A program made the position numbers and the translations under genes. The notes beneath the pieces were generated by a model, which saw only the letters and a list, made by a program, of their open reading frames with translations, had not been told where the DNA came from and did no database searches. This document shows, in pieces, positions 21,302 to 33,326 of a DNA stretch of 64,000 bases (positions within the stretch are counted from its first letter, which is position 1; each line of letters begins with the position of its first letter). The stretch comes from Piromyces finnis finn. Lineage: Eukaryota > Fungi > Neocallimastigomycota. Location of the stretch: positions 1 through 64,000 of the forward strand of contig MCFH01000077.1 of NCBI GenBank assembly GCA_002104945.1, given 5' to 3'.

Positions 21302-22434
21302 TGTTAAGTTTTTGGGTTTGGTTATGCGGCCAGGTCAGAATGTTATTAATTATATAGTAAAAATGTTTTTTAAGAAATTAAATTTAATTATAAAATAACA
21401 CCTTAAACTCCCAAATGAAAAATGAAAAATTTATATTTACTTTAAAATAACTTTTTATAAATTTTTTATTTATTTAATAATAATATAAATGATATTATAA
21501 GTAACTATATAATTAAGATTATAACTATAATCTTTACAAAGAATTAAAATCGAATTCAATTCATTCTCTTTTATATTCTTTGTTCAGATTATTAAATTGA
21601 TATTAATAAGAATAAAGTATTACATATAATATATTAGTAATATAATTAAATAAGTAATAAGATTGTTTGTTTGTTTGTTTGTTTGTTTGTCATGACATAA
21701 AATAAAATAAACATATGATTAATCATTTAAACAGTTGATCCTAATTAGTAATTATAAAAACTATTCAATTAATAATTCATCATTATTAATTGATATTACC
21801 ATAACATATTTGTTATAACTAAATAATTATTATTTTCAAAATTATTTCTAATAAAACTTGCCGTTAACCTATTTTATAATAATTAAGATTATTTAATTTA
21901 TAGGTATTAACTGTTACACCTAAATGGGTCTAGTTCTATTTTTAGTAACAATCGTTATCATTAATTAAATTAATATAACTAAAATTCCTATTGATATATT
22001 TTTAATTTCATCAAGTCATAAGAAATATTTATGATCCATACTTGATATCATATTGATTTTAATTTACCTAATAAAATCTTTAAATGATCATAACTTCCTT
22101 AAATGATCAGTTAGAAGGACCGCGATTGTACCAAATTGTAGCTTTCTTCCTAAGCTTTCCAATAAACCTAGTTTCATCACCGTAGCACTTACAGCCGTAG
22201 CGATCGTTTTTGGCGAGTTACACCTTATTTCGTACTTGCTTATTTTTGGTTAAGGGTTATAGTATATTGATATTAAATTTTTGAAATCATAACCCTTTCA
22301 CTGAATCAAAATTTAAAAGGTGACTTTTAAAAGTGTTTTAAAATAATTATTGAAATTATTTAATTATAATTATTATGTTTAATTAATTATAGATATTATC
22401 TGAATTTGTTTTAAATCCAGTTAATATCTTCACA
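21302..22434 (-). repeat. 5' LTR of element B
   Basis: Direct repeat of 14893..16025. Confidence 0.95.
21569..21575 (-). promoter_or_regulatory. Candidate TATA box of the element B LTR promoter
   Basis: TATAAAA on the minus strand, 32 nt upstream of the start predicted from self-priming (21537). In AT-rich DNA the motif alone is weak evidence. Confidence 0.5.
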
Positions 22435-22503
22435 TAACAGAAGAAGTAGTTAAAAAGTTGTAATATAACTACCAATCCGTTATCATTTATTATGAAATTT
22501 GAA

Positions 22504-22585
22504 GTCACTTTGGCGGAGTGGTTAACGCGGTGGCCTGCTAAGCCATTTCCCTTTGGGAGCGCAGGTTCGAGTCCTGCAGGTGACG
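22504..22585 (+). tRNA. tRNA-Ser(GCT), intronless, 82 nt
   Basis: Acceptor stem GTCACTT/AGGTGAC, anticodon arm GTGGC-CTGCTAA-GCCAT, long variable arm, T arm GCAGG-TTCGAGT-CCTGC, followed by a T-run. Confidence 0.97.
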
Positions 22586-22840
22586 TTTTAATTTTTGTTT
22601 TATACTTTTTATATATATTATCTTTTTTTTTTTTTTTTATTTTATTATTTTTTTAATTGTATTTAATAAAAATTAATCCTAAATCGAATTATTTCATTTT
22701 TAATACTAATACAATAAAAATAAAAATATATTTGAAAAATATATATTTTAATTTTATCATATTTAATTATATTATTTTTTTTATAATAATACCTTGTAAA
22801 GATAAAAAAAAAAAAGAAATTATTCAATAATAATTTAGTT

Positions 22841-22842
<2 letters not shown>

Positions 22843-22935
<93 letters not shown>
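22843..22935. repeat. (TAA)n microsatellite, about 31 units
   Basis: Direct reading of the sequence. Confidence 0.95.
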
Positions 22936-25729
22936 GATAATGTTTTTTTAAGAATAAGATAATGTTTTTTTTTATAATAATATTATTCAATAAGTATATA
23001 AATCAGCATTTTCAAATCAAGATGGTTGATAAGTAAAATAACTAAGACAATGACTACGGATTTCCAACTAATACTTTTTAAAATATGATAATTTAATATT
23101 TTTAAAATTGGAAATATGAACATAAACAAGACTTTTCCCATTAAAACTATAACTGTTAATATATGAATATTCAAAATACATATTTATACACATAGTTTCC
23201 ATATATAATTTTACATTTATATAATTTCTGAAAACTGAAATAAATAATTATAGCATTAATAAAAACGGGTAAAAATAATTTTTATCTTTAATAATTAAAT
23301 TATCCTCCAAAGAATGTGTTTGTTTCTTAGATAGGTTTCAAGAAAATCCACTATTAATTTTGTTATAAAATAAAAATGACCTATTTCACTTATTCTATTT
23401 AAATTAGAAAACTATAGAGTTAGTATATGAAGAAAACATTGTATTTTTCTTTTTCAATTGAAATAGTTTTAATTATTTTAATCGAAAAATATTTTTTGAT
23501 TTATGAAAATATAAATATGAAATTTATTAAAATTAATAATATTAAAAATTTTAAATAGATTAACAAACATCGTTGGAAAAAAAGTAATATCATTAATAAA
23601 AGAGAAACAAATACAAATAACAAATTTCTTAATTCATTGATTATAACAATACTCCTTTAAATTTAAGAATTATTTTAATTATCATTAAAACACTTATGAA
23701 CAAGCCTTTCAAATGCTCTATAGTGTATTTAATTTTAATTTTAGCACGATAGGTTGAATTATGTGTACAATTCTATTATACTTGATGTTAATTCTTTATT
23801 TTGTTTTAGTTATTTCTTAATTGGTGATAATTCACAAGGTATAATTTACAAAATTTATTTTAATATCATAATATTTAAATGGGTTTTTAAATAATGTATA
23901 AAGTATAGATATAATAGTAATTAATTACGTCCATCTAATATTGTATTATTTGTTATTTTTTAATTATTATAATAACTTTAATTAAAGTATAGTTTTCATA
24001 GAATTTACTATTATTTTATTTTATTTCTGCCAATAAAAATTATTTCAGAACATGTCAAATATATTAAAATATACATCGTGTTAATAAAATTGTCCAATTA
24101 TATATAATATAAATTAAAATGACCCACTTTGAAAAAGCGTTTAAATGTAAAGATTAAGATCTACAATTATTTCATAAAATTATAAACATAACTTTTAAAA
24201 GAATATTTTTAACATATAAGAATTTTATTATATATTATAAACGAATTAAAAATGAATTAAAATATAATATAAAATAAATTTATAAAACAAAATAAATTTA
24301 TTTTTTCTTTTTCTTTTTATTCATTAGTTTTCTTCGAATTATAAAAATAAAAATATATATAGGTATATTTGAATTAAAAAGTTATTTTAATTTTAAATTT
24401 AATGTTTTTTTTTTGTAATTCAGTAATACTTTAAGTTTTCATTTAATCGGTTTTCCAAAAATATGAATCAATATATAATCAATATGAATTTAGACAGAGT
24501 TAGAGGAATATCAAAAAACTTCTCAAATCAAGTTATTTTTTCTTATATATATTTCATATATATAGTACAATGTACAATAATAACAATATTTTAATTATTA
24601 ATTTTTCCTATAGAATAACTAAAGTGTTGAGCTGAATATTACGAGAATCTTATATCGGATATAAATGATCCCATCTCTATTATAAAAATTTAGTGATACT
24701 ATTTTTCAATAAAAGTAGTAATTCTCCAGATATGTCCGTACCAATATTATAAGACCTTTGAATATTAATCATTCCATTTTTTTTTTGTACTTATTGATGA
24801 ATGAAATTACATGGAAATGTAATGATTGAAATCAATAATAAAAAAATACTAATATACAATATCTATGAGATTTTATTCAATTGGCGATTAATAATGATAA
24901 AAATATCCGAAATGGGAAGCTGAATGAGATTGACTGCATGAAGCATTACCTGCAGTGGTAATTTTTATCTTTGTTTTATATTTCATAATTGGACATGAAA
25001 TCTTCATATTATATATTATGGATATTTCGATATTTATATGAATATATATATATATATATATATTTATTATGATATTAAAACCCGGATATTCATACATATA
25101 TTCATTATTATTCATCAAATATCGATATCGATAATTCATTATTCATAATAACTTCATATATTTCATGCATTTTATATTTTTTAACAGTAAAATAAATGAA
25201 TTATTGTACAATAATTCCCATAAATATATAATATTTATGATATTTTACTTAGAATTTGATATTGGAAAATATATCAAAATACATATAATAATAAATATAC
25301 CAAATACGTATATGATAATGAAAAATTATTAATCACTAAATTCCTACAGACAATGCTCCATACAATCAAGCTCATTCCGCTTCTCATTCTGACTCTATTG
25401 ATTTTTAATATATACTACTATCAATATATATTGTGAAAACAAATAAAAAGGTTGACAATGATATCCATCACTTGGATGTTATACTAATTGAAATTTTTAA
25501 AATTTTCTTATTCTTTTTTATAAAGGTGATTTTTAAGATCATATTATATTCATATAAATGTCAGTTTTAAAATATTTCTAAAATTGTGGCAAATAGGATT
25601 TCAAAGTATGTTCTTTCTTATGATTTTATTAAACCTAACCAGTTTAGTTTTTTTTATTAAAAAAAAAAGTATTAATTTATTTATTTTTATTCGTTAAATT
25701 TGCCAAAAACTGTATTAATTTTCATAACC

Positions 25730-26716
25730 TCAAAAAAAAAAAAATATTATTTGTCTGTTCTTTTTAATGTTCTAACAAAATTATATAAATTAATTATTTA
25801 CTTCAAATGTTCTAATTTTTTCAACAATTTATATTTTATCTCAAAAACCAGTATATATTTTTTATAAACTTTCCTATAAGCTTTCTAACAAAATTTCTAT
25901 TAGTTGTGTTTTAATTTAAAAAAAGCTAAAAAGTTTGGTGATTAGTATGATACATGAATCAAAAATATAAAATACATTATGTATATTTCAATAGATAAAT
26001 GTATACATTCCATGTAATGTAATTGTAATTAAAAATAAAAAATTTATAGAATTTTTGATCAAAAAAAAAAAATATTATTTGTCTGTTCTTTTTAATGTTC
26101 TAACAAAATTATATAAATTAATTATTTACTTCAAATGTTCTAATTTTTTCAACAATTTATATTTTATCTCAAAAACCAGTATATATTTTTTATAAACTTT
26201 CCTATAAGCTTTCTAACAAAATTTCTATTAGTTGTGTTTTAATTTAAAAAAAGCTAAAAAGTTTGGTGATTAGTATGATACATGAATCAAAAATATAAAA
26301 TACATTATGTATATTTCAATAGATAAATGTATACATTCCATGTAATGTAATTGTAATTAAAAATAAAAAATTTATAGAATTTTTGATCAAAAAAAAAAAA
26401 TATTATTTGTCTGTTCTTTTTAATGTTCTAACAAAATTATATAAATTAATTATTTACTTCAAATGTTCTAATTTTTTCAACAATTTATATTTTATCTCAA
26501 AAACCAGTATATATTTTTTATAAACTTTCCTATAAGCTTTCTAACAAAATTTCTATTAGTTGTGTTTTAATTTAAAAAAAGCTAAAAAGTTTGGTGATTA
26601 GTATGATACATGAATCAAAAATATAAAATACATTATGTATATTTCAATAGATAAATGTATACATTCCATGTAATGTAATTGTAATTAAAAATAAAAAATT
26701 TATAGAATTTTTGATC
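25730..26716. repeat. 328-bp tandem repeat, 3 copies
   Basis: TATTATTTGTCTGTTC starts at 25745, 26073 and 26401. The copies look identical. Confidence 0.95.
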
Positions 26717-26986
26717 CTTCTGTCAAACAAAATATAATTAATATCCACCAATAAAAATCATTTTTAATATATTAAAATTTATATAAAAATAATTTTAAAA
26801 AAATTTATTTTCTTTAAAAAAAAACAAAACAAAAACGAAAAACCAAAAAAAAAAAAAAACGAAGTAAAATTAAAACATTAAAATTAATGAAAAGTTTTTA
26901 ACTTTTTAAAAGAATAATATTAAAAATAAAATAATTAACATTTTAGAAAAAAAATATAAAAATAAATATATAAAAATATATAAACA

Positions 26987-28075
26987 ATGTTTAATAAAAC
27001 TATTTTAACATTTTTATTTATTATCATTTATTTTCAGTTTGCTAGTGCTAATGAACTAAATGAGGTATTAAGTAAAAAAGAAGTATTAAATATTACCAAT
27101 GAGTTTTTTATCAGTTATTATTGTAAAGATGATATTTGTGTTAAAACAGATAATGAATATAAGGAAAAGTTTGTTGAAATTCCAGATAAAAATGAAAGGG
27201 TAATAAAATATATTGTTGATACCTGTTCTTCTGAAGAAATTATAAATGGTAGATGTTTTAGTGAAAAATGTATTTCTGATGCTCATTGTTTATCTAATAA
27301 ATGTATTGATAGTCATTGTGCTTTTAATGAGGAAACACCAATTGTACATTGTGATGATATTTATATTGGAGTAAAAAAATCATATATGCATTGTGGTAAA
27401 CCATATGGTGATACATGTAAAACTGATGATGAATGTTCTTCTAAAAAATGTGGTTTATATGATGGATTATGTAGAATGCAAGCTGAAGGTCCTCACGATG
27501 ATGAAGTATTTAGTAAAGAAGAAGTATTAAAAATTACTAGTAACAATTACATAAGTTATTATTGTAAGAATGATACTTGTGTTTCATATGATGATTATTA
27601 TCATGTTTATTTTGTTGATATTCCAGATGAAAATAATAATTTTAAAAGATATATTGTTGATACCTGTACTGTTGATGATATTAAAAATGGTAGATGTTAT
27701 CATGAAGAATGTACTTCTGATTCACAATGCTTATCTAATAAATGTATTGATAAACATTGTGCATTTAATGAAGAAACACCGATTGATCATTGTGAATATA
27801 TAGATTCATATATGCATTGTGGAAAACCACATGATGATACATGTAAAACTAATGATGAATGTTCTTCTAAAATTTGCAATAAATATGGAATATGTGATAT
27901 ACAAAAGAAAGGTTCTGATAGTGATTATATTGAAGCATTAAAAATTATCTTTTTCCTTATACCTTTATGCACAGTATATTTTATTATATTTTTGAATTTT
28001 TATTTTGTTTTCCGTAATACATACGAAAAGCATTCAAAAAATAGAAAAAATAAAAAGGATGCTTTAATTATTTAA
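26987..28075 (+). CDS. Cys-rich type I membrane/secreted protein with two tandem ~150-aa domains
   Basis: Signal peptide; duplicated EV(L/F)SK(K/E)EVL...SYYCK...YIVDTC...CLSNKCID.HCAFNEETP...SYMHCGKP..DTCKT.DECSSK.C; C-terminal TM and basic tail. Confidence 0.9.
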   Translation: MFNKTILTFLFIIIYFQFASANELNEVLSKKEVLNITNEFFISYYCKDDICVKTDNEYKEKFVEIPDKNERVIKYIVDTCSSEEIINGRCFSEKCISDAHCLSNKCIDSHCAFNEETPIVHCDDIYIGVKKSYMHCGKPYGDTCKTDDECSSKKCGLYDGLCRMQAEGPHDDEVFSKEEVLKITSNNYISYYCKNDTCVSYDDYYHVYFVDIPDENNNFKRYIVDTCTVDDIKNGRCYHEECTSDSQCLSNKCIDKHCAFNEETPIDHCEYIDSYMHCGKPHDDTCKTNDECSSKICNKYGICDIQKKGSDSDYIEALKIIFFLIPLCTVYFIIFLNFYFVFRNTYEKHSKNRKNKKDALII

Positions 28076-28788
28076 ACGATTTTGTAAAATACATTTAATA
28101 GATTTATTTAATAAATTAAACAATTGAAATTTATAAAATAAAAATAATTATATGTATAAAATGTAAAAATAAAACTTTTTACATTTTATATTTCATTTAA
28201 AATGGGTAATTTAAATTTAAAAAAAGAAACTAAACAAAAAAAAAAAAAGATTTTTAAAATAAAATTTTATTTAAAGACTTGAAATAATACTAAAAATACA
28301 TAAAAGTTATACATCATTTATTTTTTTTAATTTTAGTATTAAATGTAAGAATTATCAAAAAAAAAAAATATAAATTATTTATTTTACTTGATGACTATAT
28401 AAAACTTTATAATTATATTTATTTATTTTTACATTTTTTTATATTCATTTTTTGGTATAATTACGATTTCTTTTAATAAGAAAAAAACGATAAACATATT
28501 TATGATACGGATTAAAAGATTATTTTTTAATTTTATTTATGCTATGACTTTATTTTCTTTTACAAAATATATTTAGAAAAAGATAATTTTTATTACAGAT
28601 TACTTTTTTAATTGTGAAAATAATTTACTACTACTAAAATATATAATTAATTTCTAATATTTAAAAATAAATAGTAATAAAAAAAAGAATTTAAATACAT
28701 AACTAGTTATCTAACTATAAAAAAAAAACTAATACTTTATAAACTTGTGTATATATATTTAAAATAATAAATTTTTATCTTTTGGTAT

Positions 28789-30154
28789 CTAATAATATAG
28801 CATAGTTTGTTGCATTGGCATTGAATAATACATTGGTATATTTTGGTTTTCATTATTTTGATATTGATTTGATTCATATGAAAATAAAGTCATATTTATT
28901 TCATTATTATTCGGAACCATTAAAGTTCCGTTCATATCGGTATTTGGAATAATTGAGGATAAAGAAGAATAAATATCGTTACTTTGGATTACTGGGGATA
29001 AGGAAGAATAGGAGGATATTGGAGAGAGGTTAGATTGAGAGAGATTAGATTCAGAATTCATTATTTGACCATTAGGATAATTATTAATCAAAAAAAATTG
29101 TTCATTATATTCAAACTGATCATCTATTTTATATTGATTTAATTCAATAGTTTCATTTCCATTAAAAGTATCATCATTAGAAGGTATAACTAATAATTGC
29201 GATGGCATTTCAGGGGTATATAATGAATCTTTTGGTGAAAATAGATAACTATTATTAACCAAATTTTGATTGTGATCATCAAATGAACCTATTTTTTTGA
29301 TCGTTGATGGTTTTAATTGATTTTTCTTCATTTTTTTTGAATGTTCTTGAATAGTCATTTCAATTTTATTCATAATGGATTCTTCATAATGGCATACATA
29401 GGAATATTTCTTATCTTTACAAAGTTCATTCCAAGTTCTAGCAACTAAAGTACTTGTAATCAAATCAACATTATCATTGATTTTCTTAAGAACCATTCCC
29501 CACAAAAGCTTCATTTGTTGAGGGGTTTTAGCGTATTTATTTAAAGATCTGCATAAACGTTCATAATCTTTAATTTTTTAAAAATATTTAAATAAAATAG
29601 TTATATAATTAATATTTATTTTTATTTAAATATTAAATATATATATAATATTAAACCATAAAATAATATTTATTCAATATATATACTTGGTTGAATTTTA
29701 AATTCTTCAAGTTGATCAATAATTTTTGCACAAAGTAAATAACGATAGGCTTGAGTCCTACCATTGATTATTCAAAAATAATAAAATTCATTAATATGAT
29801 TTTTATAATTTTTATAATAAATAATAATAATAGTAATAATTTTTTATTTAAACATACTTTGAAATATTCCATTTTGATTTTATAAATTCATCAATGGTTT
29901 GACTTTGTTTAATATATTCTTTAGAATTTAAGGATTGTTGGATATCTTTTATGTATCTTTTAAATTCTTCTTGTTTTAAAAGATAAACATTAAGTGGACT
30001 AAATTTCGGTTTAAAAGTGAATATTATATAAGTTAGAAATGTAATTTAAAACTTGATAATTTTTTATAATATAATAACTATAAAAGTAATAGTAATTAAA
30101 ATTAGTAAAAAAGATATATTTTACTTACTTTTCTAAAAAGCTAATATCAGCCAT
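28789..30154 (-). CDS. 4-exon gene, paralog 2 of the HTH-like family, about 338 aa; exons 30154-30129, 29998-29858, 29757-29687, 29567-28789
   Basis: Spliced frame MADISFLENPLNVYLLKQEEF...KSKWNISKTQAYRYLLCAK...PNYERLCRSL; same exon sizes as paralog 1. Confidence 0.85.
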
Positions 30155-31045
30155 TTTTTTTTTTTTTTTTTTTTACTTTTTTTAATGATAAAAAAACACT
30201 AATAAAAAATTATTAATAAATAATACTACTATCTATATAAATAGATTATATTGTTATTAACAACAATATAAAAATTCTATAATTTAAATCTATTGTAATT
30301 AAAAAACAATTAATAAAAAGAGTAAAAAAAAGAGAGTTAATGAATTGTTTTTATACTTTTTTCTTTTTACTAAAAAAGATTATTTTTTAATTACAGAAAT
30401 ATAAATTTTTTTTAAAAATAAAATAAATTTCATCCACAATTTTATTTTAAAATTTAATTTAAAAAATTAATATTTATTTGACAAAAATAAATTAAATTCA
30501 TTTAAAATTAATTTATTTTATATTAAATTTTTATTTGAGACTTTTTATATTTTTTCTCAAAATCTTTCTTTTTTTAAAAAAAAAAGACCAATTATTTTAT
30601 TATAAGAATATCTTTTTTTAAACTCCCAATTTTTATACCATATATTTTCTATATATTATTCTTTTATTTTAAAATTACTAAAATTATCATAGGCAACACA
30701 AAGTTTTTAATTATAATACTCTAGTTTATATATATATACAATGTTTACATGTTTACATCATACTACTTTTTTTTGTGATATTCAAAGTTATTACATTTTA
30801 TAAACATAAAATCTTGTCCCATATATTACGCATATATAACAGCTTTAACAGCTTTTATTAAAATAAAATTCTATATTAATAGCATCAATAATTTTTTTTA
30901 TTTATACTACCAAAAGATAAAATTACTATATTATAGATGATATATTATGAAATGTTTAAAAATAAAATATGATTTTATAATTATATTTAATCCTATGATC
31001 TATTCACTTTTAAATGTATTTTATTTTTATTAATTTTTATTTTAC

Positions 31046-31647
31046 TTTTTTAAATTTAGTATCAACAATTAATAATTATGTTTACTCTTATGATCTATTC
31101 ATTATTTTTTATTTACTAACTTTTATGAAGTAATAAAAAATAACTACAATTATTAATAACATTGTTATGATTTCCACACTTTTTTATAATTATTAGTAAT
31201 TCTTGTTTTATAAATGGTTTTATAAATAAACACATAATTTTATATGTTTTATAATTGTTTTATAAATAAACACATACAGAATTATGAATTATAATTACTC
31301 ATAGATATAAATATAATTATATAATTTTATTTATACTATTTTTTATTTTTTAAATTTAGTATCAACAATTAATAATTATGTTTACTCTTATGATCTATTC
31401 ATTATTTTTTATTTACTAACTTTTATGAAGTAATAAAAAATAACTACAATTATTAATAACATTGTTATGATTTCCACACTTTTTTATAATTATTAGTAAT
31501 TCTTGTTTTATAAATGGTTTTATAAATAAACACATAATTTTATATGTTTTATAATTGTTTTATAAATAAACACATACAGAATTATGAATTATAATTACTC
31601 ATAGATATAAATATAATTATATAATTTTATTTATACTATTTTTTATT
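31046..31647. repeat. 300-bp tandem duplication
   Basis: Lines starting 31081 and 31381 are identical in register over about 300 bp. Confidence 0.9.
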
Positions 31648-32106
31648 CTATGTATTTATTATTAGCTCTTTTAATTTTGATTTTAAATTTTATAAAATAA
31701 ACTAGTTATTATTAACGAAATATAAATACATAAAGATAATATATTTAATATATTTGTATAGTTTTTTAAAAAATTAAATAAATAAATAGAAATGCCTAAT
31801 AATAATAGAAAAGAAATGTAATAAATAAATATTATTTTTTTCTTGTTTCATATTAAATTAAATTAATAGGTGTATATATATATATATATATAGCTGTTTA
31901 ACATTATTTAAATTAGAGTGCTTTAAATAATAAATTATAATTTATTATTTAAATATAAGAAAGACATAGAATTATATTAGGTTTCTTTACTTTTTTTTTT
32001 TTTCAATAAATTAATAAATTATTTTATATAATTAATTCCCCCAATAAATTGTAAAATTATTTTGTACTGTATCACAACAAGAACTTTTTGATGTTCTTTT
32101 TTTTTT

Positions 32107-33326
32107 TTAATAATAGATTATAGAGGTTTGATAGAATTGAATATTTTGCTTTTCATATTGATTAGGTATAACATTATTTTGAATTAATGGGGATATTGGA
32201 GATATTGGAGTAACAGAAGAAGAAGAAAATGTTGGTAAAAAGTTGTTATTTATTTGATTTTTAGCAATATTATTATATAATAAATATTGTTCATGACTTT
32301 CATAACAATCATCTTCTATTCCATATTGATTCATTTTAAGATTTTCATCATCATAAACATAATCATTTGAAGGAATAATTACGAATTGAGATGAAATTTC
32401 AGGTGTTTGATATGAAATATTGGATGAAGATATATAATCATGATTAACAAAATTTTGACTTGGAATTGCATAGGAATACTTATAATTATTATTATTGGAG
32501 GTTTTTAATTGATTATGTATCATTTTTTTTGAATGTTCTTGAAAAGTTAATTCAATTTTATTCATGATAGATTCTTCATAATAACATATATGGGAATATT
32601 TTTTATCTTTACAGAGTTCATTCCAAGTTCTAGAAACTAAAGTACTCGTGATTAAATCAACATTATCATTTATTTTTAAAAGTACCATTCTCCATAAAAG
32701 TTTTATTTGCTGAGGAGTTTTAGCATATTTATTTAAAGATCTACATAAACGTTCATAATCTTTAATTATTAAAAATAAATATTAGTTATTTATTTTATAA
32801 ATTATTTAAAATAATAAAATAATGTCTTATCAATATAACATACTTGGTTGGATTTTAAATTCCTTTAATTGATCAATAATTTTGGCACTAAGTAAATAAC
32901 GATAAGCTTGGGTTCTACAATCAAAATTTAAAATTTATATTAAAAATATAAATTTTATTAATATTTAAATTTATATAATATATATAATATTTTTTTAAAT
33001 ATTTTTAAATTAGTAAACAAGTAATACAATACTTTGAAATATTCCATTTAGATTTTACAAATTCATCAATAGTATAACCTTGTTTAAGATATTCCTTAGA
33101 ATTTAAACTTTGTTGGATATCTTTAACAAACTTTTTAAATTCTTCTTGTTTTAAAAGATAATTGTTAAGTGGACTAAAAATAATATTTTTTAAAATATAT
33201 ATTATTAATATTATTATTATTCTGTTTTTTTTGTTTTTTTTTTTTTTTTTGGTTAAAAATAAAATATAAATATTTAAGTAATGATGCTTTTAATAGTTAC
33301 TTTTCTAAAGTTGTTATATCAGTCAT
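32107..33326 (-). CDS. 4-exon gene, paralog 3 of the HTH-like family, about 296 aa; exons 33326-33301, 33173-33033, 32914-32844, 32759-32107
   Basis: Spliced frame MTDITTLENPLNNYLLKQEEF...KSKWNISKTQAYRYLLSAK...PNYERLCRSL; same exon sizes and phases as the other two. Confidence 0.85.

Larger units (their letters stand above)
14893..22434 (-). mobile_element. Complete chromovirus (Tf1/sushi-like Ty3/gypsy) element B
   Basis: Two 1133-bp TG...CA LTRs and a 5-bp TSD TAACA (14888..14892 and 22435..22439). Contains gag, and pol with a C-terminal chromodomain. Confidence 0.97.
11460..22485 (+). mobile_element. LTR retroelement C: 5'-truncated, gag+protease only, 3' LTR interrupted by element B
   Basis: Order is gag remnant, -1 frameshift site, protease ORF, PPT (AGGGGAGGAAA at 14303..14313), then an LTR starting TGATAA at 14317 and ending TTATCA at 22485 once B is removed. 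Confidence 0.8.

Noticed and set aside
22983-24790. Scattered slightly GC-richer patches and a hydrophobic 63-aa ORF
   Set aside because: No consistent spliced frame could be built; possibly a decayed gene.
25730-26716. CRISPR-like array or satellite
   Set aside because: Units are long and identical with no spacers, and the context is eukaryotic.
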